This document shows, one piece after another, positions 37,772 through 46,834 of a DNA stretch of 64,000 bases (the first letter of the stretch is position 1; the number at the start of each line of letters is the position of its first letter). The stretch comes from an uncultured Candidatus Saccharibacteria bacterium. GTDB lineage: Bacteria > Patescibacteriota > Minisyncoccia > Minisyncoccales > MHMH01. The stretch lies in NCBI GenBank assembly GCA_964482335.1, contig CAYZXA010000001.1, forward strand, positions 24,983 through 88,982, given 5' to 3'. The position numbers and the translations under genes were made by a program. A model generated the notes under the pieces. That model had not been told where the DNA came from. It did no database searches and saw only the letters and a list, made by a program, of their open reading frames with translations.

Positions 37772-38527
37772 GTTCTCTGAAAGGTAGAGGTTATTCTGGC
37801 TTAAAACATATAGTTTTTTTGTTTTTTCTGACCAGAATATTTTAGGACTTTCAAATTCTACCAGGTCAACAATATTGATTCTGTCGCGGTCGTCGATTTC
37901 GGCGACTTTTATTTTATTGCCAACATTGAATATCATGTAGTAATTATTCAGCCAGAAAACCTTGTCAATTTTTTCTGAGAAGCGGGTTATGAAGATTTTT
38001 TCTTCTTCTGTCTGAGACTGAACAGTCCGGCTTTCTATAAGTGAAATCCAGATTTCGTAGTCGTTAAATTCAATCAACTTATTTTTATCAGAAGAAGTAG
38101 CTACCATTTCTATTTCCGAGGTAATATCTAAAACTTCTTTTGTACTAGTGGCCAAGATAATAAAATTTGGATTTTTTGGAATAAGAAGAACATTTTTAGC
38201 TTCTGTCACTTGTCTTTCTTTGACCTCTAAGTTTTTCTGCCATGTATGGTAGCCCTGTTTTTTTATTTCAACTTCATAGGTTTTGGGCACTAGGTTTTCA
38301 ATTAGGGCAGAATTGGTAAAGATTGAAGTTTTAACTTTCGATTTGTTATTAAGCCAGACCTCGGCGTTTCTGGGCAATACCTTAAAATAGAACGCACCGG
38401 TTTGGACAATTTTCTTTGTTTCAAAATCAAAGCGGTAGCCCTGGGAATAAAAAACAACTACTGGCGCTGCCAGAGCGAATATTACTACGCAGATAATAAA
38501 CAAAACGGTCCTTGTTCTCTTTTCCAT
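37760..38527 (-). CDS. PEGA-domain membrane-anchored protein
   Basis: N-terminal TM helix, then a PEGA-like segment (NAEVWLNN...YEVEIKKQGYHTWQKNLEV). It is one of only three minus-strand genes in the window, alongside rpmB and tRNA-Pro. Confidence 0.6.
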   Translation of the reverse strand: MEKRTRTVLFIICVVIFALAAPVVVFYSQGYRFDFETKKIVQTGAFYFKVLPRNAEVWLNNKSKVKTSIFTNSALIENLVPKTYEVEIKKQGYHTWQKNLEVKERQVTEAKNVLLIPKNPNFIILATSTKEVLDITSEIEMVATSSDKNKLIEFNDYEIWISLIESRTVQSQTEEEKIFITRFSEKIDKVFWLNNYYMIFNVGNKIKVAEIDDRDRINIVDLVEFESPKIFWSEKTKKLYVLSQNNLYLSENLLP

Positions 38528-38547
38528 ATCGTTTCTATTTTAACTTA

Positions 38548-38576
38548 TTGACAAATTAAAATCAATTTGCTAAGAT
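38548..38576 (+). promoter_or_regulatory. consensus-like promoter
   Basis: TTGACA, 17 nt, TAAGAT. Confidence 0.5.
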
Positions 38577-38644
38577 AACCTAGACAAAAAATGTCTTTAG
38601 CCTGATTTAGTTAGTACATAAAAAACAAAAAAGGAGGCGTCAAA

Positions 38645-38872
38645 TTGGCAGAGGTTGAGTTAACAAAAGCAGCTGGAGAGCTCCCAAACGGCTTACTTGC
38701 TCCCTTTATGGAAGGATTGTTAAAAATAGGGCAGTATAATTTTGAACTTATTAAACATTATGCCAATTGCCTGGCAGATATCCTAGAGAGAGCAGGGGTG
38801 AGCGAAGAACAGATAAGCGCCATAGAAGAACAATATCGTAACGAGAAGAAAGAAAAACAAGCAAAAGATTAA
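38645..38872 (+). CDS. 75-aa helical protein, unknown function (TTG start)
   Basis: AAGGAGG lies 7 nt upstream of the TTG. Visibly more GC-rich than its flanks. Confidence 0.45.
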   Translation: MAEVELTKAAGELPNGLLAPFMEGLLKIGQYNFELIKHYANCLADILERAGVSEEQISAIEEQYRNEKKEKQAKD

Positions 38873-38885
38873 AGGAGGTGCCAAC

Positions 38886-39410
38886 ATGGCAACAGCTCAA
38901 CCAAAGATTGGTTTGTTTGCTGGAATATTTAACACAGAGGGGAAACTACTGATTAAAAGAAGGCCGAAAGGTATTTCTTTGGCTGGCGAATGGGATCTGC
39001 CCGGTGGTGCAGTTGAGGAAAAAAACAATCAGAATGCGCTTGATGAACGAATCGTTGGTCAAGAACTTGCCAGAGAAGTAAAAGAAGAAGTAGGACTTGC
39101 TATACCTGAATTTCTTCCGATGCCAGCTATGTATCCAACAGTGCTCAGAGGCGGTGGCGATTGGGCTTTTGCGATCCTTGTTGGGGTTGTTGAAGAAAGT
39201 CCGAGCAAAGGAGAAACGAGGTATATTTCTCCTCAAGAGCTTCAAGAACTGGCCGAAGGACCGGAAGGAAATAGGTTGGTTAGCGGTTGGGGAAAGCGCA
39301 TGTGTCGGCTTTGTCTTCGACTTTTTGCATCACGAGATGCTCCCAATCAGGATTACGCAAAACAGGCAGGAGAGATGCTTGCCAAGATTCAGTCGAGTTG
39401 GAGCAATTAG
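38886..39410 (+). CDS. NUDIX hydrolase (Nudix box with an insertion)
   Basis: GGAVEE...LAREVKEEVGL Nudix-box elements, with RBS AAAGGAGGTG. Confidence 0.7.
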   Translation: MATAQPKIGLFAGIFNTEGKLLIKRRPKGISLAGEWDLPGGAVEEKNNQNALDERIVGQELAREVKEEVGLAIPEFLPMPAMYPTVLRGGGDWAFAILVGVVEESPSKGETRYISPQELQELAEGPEGNRLVSGWGKRMCRLCLRLFASRDAPNQDYAKQAGEMLAKIQSSWSN

Positions 39411-39415
39411 TTTTT

Positions 39416-39458
39416 AAGGCGTTTCGTCAAGGCAATTTGACGAACGCCTTTTATATTT
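39416..39458 (+). terminator. intrinsic terminator
   Basis: AAGGCGTTTCGTCAA / TTGACGAACGCCTT stem, followed by TTATATTT. Confidence 0.65.
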
Positions 39459-39534
39459 CAAATGATGGAGGCCGGGCCTCGATCAGGTTGATATTTGCCA
39501 AATTAAGGGTTTTAAGATAGGATAAAAAGAGCAT

Positions 39535-40803
39535 ATGGCAGAGAAATTTATCATTAATGGCAGTCGGCCTCTTAAGGGTGAAATTGAAGTGAGAGGTGCT
39601 AAGAATGCTGCTTTTCCGATTTTAGCTGCTTCTCTTTTGACTAAAGACGAATGCTTTATTGAGAATCTTCCTTTGATAGAGGATCTCTTTCGCATGATTG
39701 AAATATTAAAAGGTATGGGCTCTAAGATTTCCTGGGTTGGCCAAAGGTCCCTGAAGATCAAAAATTCTCAGATTGACCCTTTAAAAGTCAGAGAGGATTT
39801 GGTTGGTCTTTTACGGGGTTCAGTGCTTTTTTTCGGACCTTTACTCGGCAGATTCGGTAAGGTAAAATTTCCTCAGCCTGGCGGCGATATTATTGGTGCT
39901 CGTCCCATTAATACTCACTTAGACGGTTTCTCGCAAATGGGAGTTAGCGTTACCAAAGATGGAGATAAATATTTATTGGAAGCTCCCAAAAAGAAAGAGA
40001 AAGAAGTTGTTTTAAATGAGTTTAGCGTGACAGCGACCGAGAACTTAATGCTTTTTGCTAGTTTAATTCCTGGCAAGACAGTTATTAAAACAGCTGACCA
40101 GGACTATCAGGTTATAGAGTTGGCTAAGTTTTTGAAGAAAATGGGAGTTAAGATTAAAGGGGCTGGTACTCATAAGATAACCATCGAAGGCTCTAAAAGA
40201 TTAAAGGGAGTTAAGCATCGACTGATTTATGACCCAATTGAAGCAGGTACTTTTATCTTGACAGCAGTAGCTACCAGAGGTAATGTTTTGGTGAAAAATG
40301 TAGAAATCTCCTTTTTAGAGCTTCCTTTAAAAAAACTTAAAGATTTCGGCGTACCTTATCAGATTGTTGGGAAAAAAGGCATTAGAGTTTTGCCTTGGAA
40401 GAGCCTGAAGATTGATAAAATTCAAAGTATGCCTTATCCTGGCATTCCTTCTGATTTACAGTCTGCTTTCGGAGTTTTAGCTACCCAGGCCCAAGGCTCT
40501 ACTTTAATTCATGACCCGCTTTACGAAGGCAGGTTGAAATATCTTGAGGAAATCAATAAAATGGGAGCAGAAATCTATTTTGCTGATCCTCATCGGGCAG
40601 TCATTAACGGTCCGACTCAGCTTTATGGCAGAGAACTTGGTTCTTTTGATTTGAGGGGCGGGGCATCTTTAATCATTGCTGGCTTGATTGCCAAAGGAAA
40701 AACAACTATTAATAATATATATCAGATAGATAGGGGATATGAGAAAATAGAAGAGAGGCTGCAGCAATTAGGAGCTGACATTAAAAGAGTAAAAAATTCT
40801 TAA
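39535..40803 (+). CDS. murA: UDP-N-acetylglucosamine 1-carboxyvinyltransferase
   Basis: Full-length EPSP-synthase-fold MurA (GAKNAA, RGSVLFFGPLLGR, PYPGIPSDLQ). Confidence 0.93.
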   Translation: MAEKFIINGSRPLKGEIEVRGAKNAAFPILAASLLTKDECFIENLPLIEDLFRMIEILKGMGSKISWVGQRSLKIKNSQIDPLKVREDLVGLLRGSVLFFGPLLGRFGKVKFPQPGGDIIGARPINTHLDGFSQMGVSVTKDGDKYLLEAPKKKEKEVVLNEFSVTATENLMLFASLIPGKTVIKTADQDYQVIELAKFLKKMGVKIKGAGTHKITIEGSKRLKGVKHRLIYDPIEAGTFILTAVATRGNVLVKNVEISFLELPLKKLKDFGVPYQIVGKKGIRVLPWKSLKIDKIQSMPYPGIPSDLQSAFGVLATQAQGSTLIHDPLYEGRLKYLEEINKMGAEIYFADPHRAVINGPTQLYGRELGSFDLRGGASLIIAGLIAKGKTTINNIYQIDRGYEKIEERLQQLGADIKRVKNS

Positions 40804-40845
40804 TTGCTTCGCAATTACAAGGAGTGAAGCAACTGGTTATAACCT

Positions 40846-41856
40846 ATGTTTGTTAGAAAAATTGGCATTGACTTGGGCACTTGCAATTCATTGGTCTTTG
40901 TGCCTAAAAAGGGTGTGGTTTTGCAAGAACCATCGGTCGTGGCTGTTTCTTTAGACGAGAATAGGATTTTAGCTGTGGGAGAAAAAGCCAAGGAAATGAC
41001 CGGCAGAACTCCTGATACCATTAGGATTTACCGGCCTTTGAAAGACGGTGTTATCGCTGATTTTCGGGTAACCCAGGCCATGTTAAGATATTTTATTAAT
41101 AAAAGCAGTGGCCATTTCCAGTTTTTAAAGCCAGAGCTAATGATTGCTGTGCCCGCTGGTATTACCTCAACCGAGAGAAGAGCTGTTATTGAGGCAGCGA
41201 TCAATGCTGGAGCCAAGGAGGCGTTTGTGGCCAAAGAACCGATTCTGGCAGCTATTGGCGCTTCTATTCCGATCAATGCTTGTTCTGGGCATTTGATTGT
41301 TGATATTGGCGGCGGTACAGCTGAGGTGGCAGTTATATCTTTAGGAGGCATTGTTACTTCAAGCTCAGTCAGAGTGGCTGGCGACAAGATGAATATAGCT
41401 ATTTCAGAACATATTAAGAAAAAACATAATTTAGCAGTTGGCGACCAGACAGCCGAAGATATTAAGATTAAAATTGGTACTGCTTTGCCAGAAAAGGAAG
41501 AGAAGATAATGGAAATCAGGGGCCGTGATTTGCTTTCGGGTTTGCCAAGAACCATTAAGATTTCTTCCAACGAGGTGGCTGAGGCTATTTCTGAGACCTT
41601 GGTTGAAATCATTCAGGTAATTAAACAGGTTTTAAGAGATACTCCACCCGAGTTGTCAGCTGATATCATGGATAAAGGCATGATTCTTTCTGGCGGCGGT
41701 GCTTTATTGCGCAACATGGATGAGTTAATAGCTCAATCAACTGGCGTACCCTGCTTTATAGCAGAAGATCCTTTGTTATGCGTGGCTAAGGGTACTGGGA
41801 TTGTTTTGGAGAACTTGAATATTTATAAGAAAAGCATTATGAGTAAGCGAAAATGA
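40846..41856 (+). CDS. mreB: rod-shape/actin-like protein MreB, paralog 1
   Basis: IGIDLGTCNSLV, DIGGGTAEVAVISLGG, LSGGGALL. Confidence 0.9.
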   Translation: MFVRKIGIDLGTCNSLVFVPKKGVVLQEPSVVAVSLDENRILAVGEKAKEMTGRTPDTIRIYRPLKDGVIADFRVTQAMLRYFINKSSGHFQFLKPELMIAVPAGITSTERRAVIEAAINAGAKEAFVAKEPILAAIGASIPINACSGHLIVDIGGGTAEVAVISLGGIVTSSSVRVAGDKMNIAISEHIKKKHNLAVGDQTAEDIKIKIGTALPEKEEKIMEIRGRDLLSGLPRTIKISSNEVAEAISETLVEIIQVIKQVLRDTPPELSADIMDKGMILSGGGALLRNMDELIAQSTGVPCFIAEDPLLCVAKGTGIVLENLNIYKKSIMSKRK

Positions 41857-42653
41857 TCAGTTATCAAAAACAATGGCAATATCTTAAAAAAACAGCTGAG
41901 CTGGGGAAAACACCCCATGCTCTGTTATTTTACGGCCAAGCTTCAATCGGCAAGAAAATTTTAGCTTTAGAGTTCATTAAGTTGCTCAATTGTCAGCAGG
42001 AGAATTTTATAGACCGGCCTTGCCAGAAATGCCGTTCTTGCTTGGACATTGGAAAGAATGTTCATCCTGATTTATTTGTGGTTGAACCCCAAGATAACAA
42101 AGAGATTAGGATCTCTCAGATTAGAGATTTACATACTCGTCTTTCTTTGCGTTCTTATTCTGCTCCCTTTAAGACAGTTATTATTGATCAGGCTCATTCT
42201 CTCAACCAGGAAGCGCAAAGCGCTTTTTTGAAGTTGTTGGAAGAGCCAAAAGGTAGAACGCTTTTCGTTTTAATAACTGAATACCCAGAAATGTTATTGC
42301 CGACTATTCTTTCCCGGGTTGAGCGTTTGAGGTTTTACAGTACTCTTAAGGCCGTTGATCCTCAAGAGAAAAGGATAAAAGAGATTTTACAAATAGGGCG
42401 TTCAGATTTGGCTGCGCGCTTTCAATATGCCAAAAAGCTATCTCAAGAACCTCAGGGCTTAAAAGAGATATTAGATCTTTGGTTGAGATATTTCAGAGAA
42501 GTATTGTTGTTAACAATTAATAATAAATCCAAAGACTATTCTATAGCTAAATTGCAAAGAATTCTCCACCTTATTCAGACTACCAGCTTTTTGATTTCAA
42601 CTACCAACATCAACTCCAGATTAGCTTTAGAGATGTTTATGCTGGAATTGTAG
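41853..42653 (+). CDS. holB: DNA polymerase III delta' subunit (short)
   Basis: HALLFYGQASIGK, a C-x-x-C zinc module (CQKCRSC) and TILSRV. Confidence 0.8.
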   Translation: MISYQKQWQYLKKTAELGKTPHALLFYGQASIGKKILALEFIKLLNCQQENFIDRPCQKCRSCLDIGKNVHPDLFVVEPQDNKEIRISQIRDLHTRLSLRSYSAPFKTVIIDQAHSLNQEAQSAFLKLLEEPKGRTLFVLITEYPEMLLPTILSRVERLRFYSTLKAVDPQEKRIKEILQIGRSDLAARFQYAKKLSQEPQGLKEILDLWLRYFREVLLLTINNKSKDYSIAKLQRILHLIQTTSFLISTTNINSRLALEMFMLEL

Positions 42654-42711
42654 AATTACTCTTATTTTTTCTCGACAAGCGGTGGAGATTTTGTTATTAT
42701 TTTAATTAGAT

Positions 42712-43266
42712 ATGCATAAAGAGATAATTGATAAAATTAAGCCAGAACTGGACAAGGTTATTCATTTTTTAGAAGGAGAATTGGCTAAAATTAGGACTTC
42801 AAGAGCATCTCCTTCTCTGGTCGAAGATGTGAAAGCTGATTGCTTTGGTCAGAAACTCCCCTTGAGGCAGTTGGCAGCCATTTCAACACCTGAAGCCAAA
42901 CAGATATTAATACAACCCTGGGACAAATCCTATATTAAAGGCATTGTTTCTGCTTTGGAAAAGGCTGGTATTGGTGCCAATCCCGTGGTTGATAAAGATG
43001 TTATTCGTATTCAACTACCTCCTTTGACAGAGGAATATCGTAAGAATCTTTTGCACTTGTTATCTGATAAGCAGGAAGAGGCTCGCAAGACCTTGAGGAG
43101 GTGGAGAGAGCAAGCATGGAAGGAGGTTCAGGATGGTTTTCAAGAAGGTAAGATTAGGGAAGATGATAAGTTCCGGGCCAAGGATGATTTGCAGGAATTA
43201 ATAGATGAATACAATAAGAAGATTGATAACCTGGGAGATAAGAAGAAACGAGAAATAACAAGGTAA
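42712..43266 (+). CDS. frr: ribosome recycling factor
   Basis: LAKIRTSRASPSLVEDV...IQLPPLTEEYRK. Confidence 0.95.
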   Translation: MHKEIIDKIKPELDKVIHFLEGELAKIRTSRASPSLVEDVKADCFGQKLPLRQLAAISTPEAKQILIQPWDKSYIKGIVSALEKAGIGANPVVDKDVIRIQLPPLTEEYRKNLLHLLSDKQEEARKTLRRWREQAWKEVQDGFQEGKIREDDKFRAKDDLQELIDEYNKKIDNLGDKKKREITR

Positions 43267-43295
43267 GAACCTTGCTTTTAGCAAGAACTTTGGAT
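43264..43295 (+). repeat. post-stop-codon hairpin motif, copy C
   Basis: TAAGAACCTTGCTTTTAGCAAGAACTTTGG, beginning with the frr stop codon. Confidence 0.5.
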
Positions 43296-43313
43296 ACTTA
43301 GTATTTAAAACAC

Positions 43314-44387
43314 ATGTTAATTATTACTATCTTAGTTGCTATTTTCAGTTTGATAGGATTAATCATTATCCATGAATTCGGTCACTTCGTTCTAGCTAAG
43401 AAGTTTGGCACCAAGGTTGAAGAGTTTGGTATTGGTTATCCGCCCAGGATTGTTGGCAAGAAAATCGGTGAGACAATTTATTCTTTGAATCTGCTACCTT
43501 TTGGTGCTTTTGTTAGGATTCACGGGGAGGAAGGCGGTGTAGAGAACTACCGCAGCTTTGTTGGCAAGCCTATATGGCAGAGGGTTTCAATTGTTCTGGG
43601 AGGCGTTGTTTCTTTTTGGATCATATCAATTGTTTTGTTAAGTATTGTGGCAGGAGTCTGGGGTTTGCCCGTAGCCGTTGAAGACGATGACAATCATAAT
43701 TTAATAGAGCCAAAGGTTCAGATTGCCTACATTATTCCTGGTTCGCCAGCAGCTAAAGCTGATTTAAGGGCCGGTGATGTTATTGTTGGCTTTGATAAAG
43801 TCAGAGATGTTCAAGAATTTGTTCAGGCCAATTTAGGTCAAGAAACTGACATGACTATTAAACGGGGGCAGGATTTGTTTAGCAAGCAGGTTATTCTCCG
43901 GACTTCTTTTCCGGAAGATGAAGGACCTTTGGGCGTTGGTTTAACCAGGACTGCTTTAAGACCTTATACCTGGTATCAGGCACCGGTCCAGGGAGTGATT
44001 ACTTGTGGTAAGCTCACTTATAATATTGTTGATGGCTGGGTCTTGGGAGTCAAAAACCTTTTGGGCATAGTTCAATTGCCCAAAGGTCTGAAAATGGAAA
44101 TGATGGGGCCAATCGGTATCCTTGATTTGCTGAGGCAATACTCTAAACTGGGTATTAATTACTTTTTATTTTTAATATCTTTAATTTCAATTGCTTTAGC
44201 TTTAGCTAATATTCTGCCCATTCCGGCTTTGGATGGAGGAAAACTTGTCTTTCTGGTCATTGAGAGCATTAAAGGTAAACCGATTAATTATAAACTGGAG
44301 CAAAAGATTACCGCTACTTTCTTCGTTCTATTAATTATCTTGATGATTTTCGTTACTATAAAATTTGATATCCCAAGAATATTTTAA
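43314..44387 (+). CDS. rseP: RseP/RIP site-2 metalloprotease with a PDZ domain
   Basis: HEFGHF zinc site, a PDZ segment (GSPAAKADLRAGDVIV) and NILPIPALDGG. Confidence 0.9.
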   Translation: MLIITILVAIFSLIGLIIIHEFGHFVLAKKFGTKVEEFGIGYPPRIVGKKIGETIYSLNLLPFGAFVRIHGEEGGVENYRSFVGKPIWQRVSIVLGGVVSFWIISIVLLSIVAGVWGLPVAVEDDDNHNLIEPKVQIAYIIPGSPAAKADLRAGDVIVGFDKVRDVQEFVQANLGQETDMTIKRGQDLFSKQVILRTSFPEDEGPLGVGLTRTALRPYTWYQAPVQGVITCGKLTYNIVDGWVLGVKNLLGIVQLPKGLKMEMMGPIGILDLLRQYSKLGINYFLFLISLISIALALANILPIPALDGGKLVFLVIESIKGKPINYKLEQKITATFFVLLIILMIFVTIKFDIPRIF

Positions 44388-44390
44388 TTC

Positions 44391-45509
44391 ATGCTTCAAT
44401 CACAACTATTTTATAAAACTAAGAAGGAAACGCCAAAAGAAGCTGTCGCAGTCTCTCATAAATTATTATTGAGAGGTGATTTCATTGAGCAGTCTTTTTC
44501 CGGTGTTTATAGGTTTTTGCCGCTGGGTGTGATGGTTTTGAGAAAGATAGAAAAGATTATCAGAAAGGAAATGTTTAGCCTGGGCGCCCAAGAAGTGATT
44601 TTACCTGCTTTGCAAAATAAATCCCTTTGGCTAAGAACCAAACGTTGGGACAAAATTGACCCACCGCTTTTTAAGTTTAAAGATAGGCACAAAAAAGAAA
44701 TTGCTTTAGGGCCTACTCATGAAGAGGAAATTACTGATAGTTTCAGCCGTCGCATTAAATTGCCCCTAGCCGTTTTTCAGATTCAAACTAAATTCAGAAA
44801 TGAGATGAGGTCGACAGGAGGATTATTGAGAACCAGGGAATTTTTAATGAAAGACTTGTATAGTTTTCATTCCAGCAAAAAAGACCTCGAAAATTTTTAC
44901 GAAAAAGTTAAAAAAGCCTATTTTAAGATATTTAAAAAATGCGGACTCCGAGCATTCTGCATTGAAGCAGATTCGGGCACAATCGGCGGTGACTTTTCCC
45001 ACGAGTTTATGGTTGTTTCTCCATCTGGAGAGGATAAAGTTAAAGGTAAAAACGCAATTGAAATAGGCCATATATTTAATCTAGGGACGAAATATAGTAA
45101 AGCCATGAATTTGCCAAAGCAAGTTATAATGGGATGCTATGGCATAGGTTTGTCGCGGTTAATGGCAACCATTGTTGAAGAGCATCATGACAAAAAAGGC
45201 ATTATCTGGCCAAGAGAAGTTTCTCCTTTTGATATTCATTTAATTCAGATTGAAAGTAGTCAGAGGGTAAAAAAAGCAGCTCAAAAGATCTATCAGGATT
45301 TACAAAAACAAGATTTTGAAGTATTATATGACGACAGAACTGATAAGACGCCGGGCGAAAAGTTTGCTGAAGCTGACCTGATTGGCATTCCTTTGCGTCT
45401 GGTGGTCAGCGAAAAAACCTTGAAAAAGAACTTGGTTGAGGTAAAAAAACGCCAGGAACAAAAAATAAAGTTAGTCAAACTTAGTCAGATTAAATCATAT
45501 GCTAAATAA
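44391..45509 (+). CDS. proS: proline--tRNA ligase, minimal bacterial-type lacking the INS editing domain
   Basis: Class II motif 2 (FRNEMRSTGGLLRTREFLMKD) and motif 3 (GCYGIGLSRL) lie close together, with the anticodon-binding domain at the C-terminus. 372 aa. Confidence 0.85.
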   Translation: MLQSQLFYKTKKETPKEAVAVSHKLLLRGDFIEQSFSGVYRFLPLGVMVLRKIEKIIRKEMFSLGAQEVILPALQNKSLWLRTKRWDKIDPPLFKFKDRHKKEIALGPTHEEEITDSFSRRIKLPLAVFQIQTKFRNEMRSTGGLLRTREFLMKDLYSFHSSKKDLENFYEKVKKAYFKIFKKCGLRAFCIEADSGTIGGDFSHEFMVVSPSGEDKVKGKNAIEIGHIFNLGTKYSKAMNLPKQVIMGCYGIGLSRLMATIVEEHHDKKGIIWPREVSPFDIHLIQIESSQRVKKAAQKIYQDLQKQDFEVLYDDRTDKTPGEKFAEADLIGIPLRLVVSEKTLKKNLVEVKKRQEQKIKLVKLSQIKSYAK

Positions 45510-46551
45510 ATTATTTTCACGTTTTTTCCAAGATATTGCCATTGATTTGGGGACAGCCAACTCTCTTGTTTATGTTCGTGGAAAAGGCATTGTTTTAACT
45601 GAGCCTTCAGTCGTGGCCGTTAATAAAAAGACCGGCCAGGTTTTGGCTATTGGCGAAGAAGCAAAAAAAATGGTTGGTAGAACTCCAGGTCATATTGTAG
45701 CTACGCGCCCCTTGGTCAAAGGAGTAATTTCTGATTTTGAAGTAACTGAGCAAATGCTTAAGTATTTTATTGAGAAAGTCTATCCGAGCAAATTTATTTT
45801 AACTCCCAAGCCTCGGGTAATTGTTGGTGTTCCTTGCGGAGTGACTGAAGTTGAGAAAAAAGCAGTTCAGGATGCAACTAAAAGTGCTGGGGCCAGAGAA
45901 GTCTATTTGATTGAAGAGCCGATGGCCGCAGCCATTGGTGCCCGTTTACAGGTTCAGGAAGCAGGCGGCAACTTTGTTGTTGATATTGGCGGTGGCACTT
46001 GCGAAGTGGCTGTCATTTCTCTTGGTGGCTTGGTTTTAGCTAAGAGCTTGAGAGTGGCTGGCGACAAACTCAGCGAAGACATTATTTATTTCGGTCAGGA
46101 AGAATATAAACTGCTGATTGGTGAAAGGACTGCCGAAGAGATTAAAATTGGCATTGGTTCTGCCTATCCTTTAAAGGAGAAAAAGGAAATGTCCATGCGG
46201 GGCAGGAATTTAGTCACTGGTTTGCCAGAAGAGATTATGGTCTCTGATAGTGATATCAGGAGGGCCATGGAAAAGTCAGTCAAGCAAATTGTTGACACTA
46301 TCAAAATTACGGTGGAAGAGACACCGCCCGAACTTTTAGCAGATATTATGTCAAACGGCATTTATTTGACTGGCGGGGGTGCCTTGCTTCGGGGTTTGGA
46401 TACTTTAATCACCAAAGAAACAAAAATACCTACTAAAGTCATAGATGATCCTTTGACAGCTGTGGTCAGGGGAGCAGGCATGGTTTTAGAAGATCTTGAT
46501 GAATTGAGGGAAGTTATTATTGAAACAGATTCTTTAGAACCGCCCAAGTAA
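45499..46551 (+). CDS. mreB: MreB, paralog 2
   Basis: IAIDLGTANSLV, DIGGGTCEVAVISLGG, LTGGGALL. Confidence 0.9.
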   Translation: MLNKLFSRFFQDIAIDLGTANSLVYVRGKGIVLTEPSVVAVNKKTGQVLAIGEEAKKMVGRTPGHIVATRPLVKGVISDFEVTEQMLKYFIEKVYPSKFILTPKPRVIVGVPCGVTEVEKKAVQDATKSAGAREVYLIEEPMAAAIGARLQVQEAGGNFVVDIGGGTCEVAVISLGGLVLAKSLRVAGDKLSEDIIYFGQEEYKLLIGERTAEEIKIGIGSAYPLKEKKEMSMRGRNLVTGLPEEIMVSDSDIRRAMEKSVKQIVDTIKITVEETPPELLADIMSNGIYLTGGGALLRGLDTLITKETKIPTKVIDDPLTAVVRGAGMVLEDLDELREVIIETDSLEPPK

Positions 46552-46552
46552 C

Positions 46553-46834
46553 ATGATTTCTAAAAAGGAGGTTCAACATATTGCCAAATTAGCTAGGCTT
46601 AGTTTAAAGCTATCCGAAGAGAAGAAGTTCCAGAAAGAACTTTCTTCGATTTTAGACTACATTGAGAAGCTAAAAAAGGTAAATATATCAAAAACAGAAC
46701 CGACTACCCATCCTTTGAAAATTGAGAATATCATGAGGCAGGATAAAGGACAAAAAAGAAAGAATAAAAAACTTTTAGATTTAGCACCAGAAACGCAAAA
46801 AGGGCATATAAAAGTAAAGTCAATTTTAAAATGA
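46553..46834 (+). CDS. gatC: Asp/Glu-tRNA amidotransferase subunit C
   Basis: VQHIAKLARLSL..EE...F...L..IL.YIE.L. Upstream of gatA. Confidence 0.88.
   Translation: MISKKEVQHIAKLARLSLKLSEEKKFQKELSSILDYIEKLKKVNISKTEPTTHPLKIENIMRQDKGQKRKNKKLLDLAPETQKGHIKVKSILK

Noticed and set aside
37771-37803. Possible fourth copy of the TAAGAACC-hairpin-AGAACC motif on the minus strand (AACCTCTACCTTTCAGAGAACCTAC)
   Set aside because: It lies inside the coding C-terminus of the PEGA-domain gene (QNNLYLSENLLP*), lacks the stop-codon start and the hairpin, and may be chance similarity. It is kept out of the repeat family.
39097-39520. Alternative-frame ORFs (39097-39417, 39287-39520) and antisense ORFs (38946-39245, 39483-39761) around the NUDIX gene
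   Set aside because: They are by-products of the locally higher GC content. The NUDIX frame has the RBS, the motif and the terminator.
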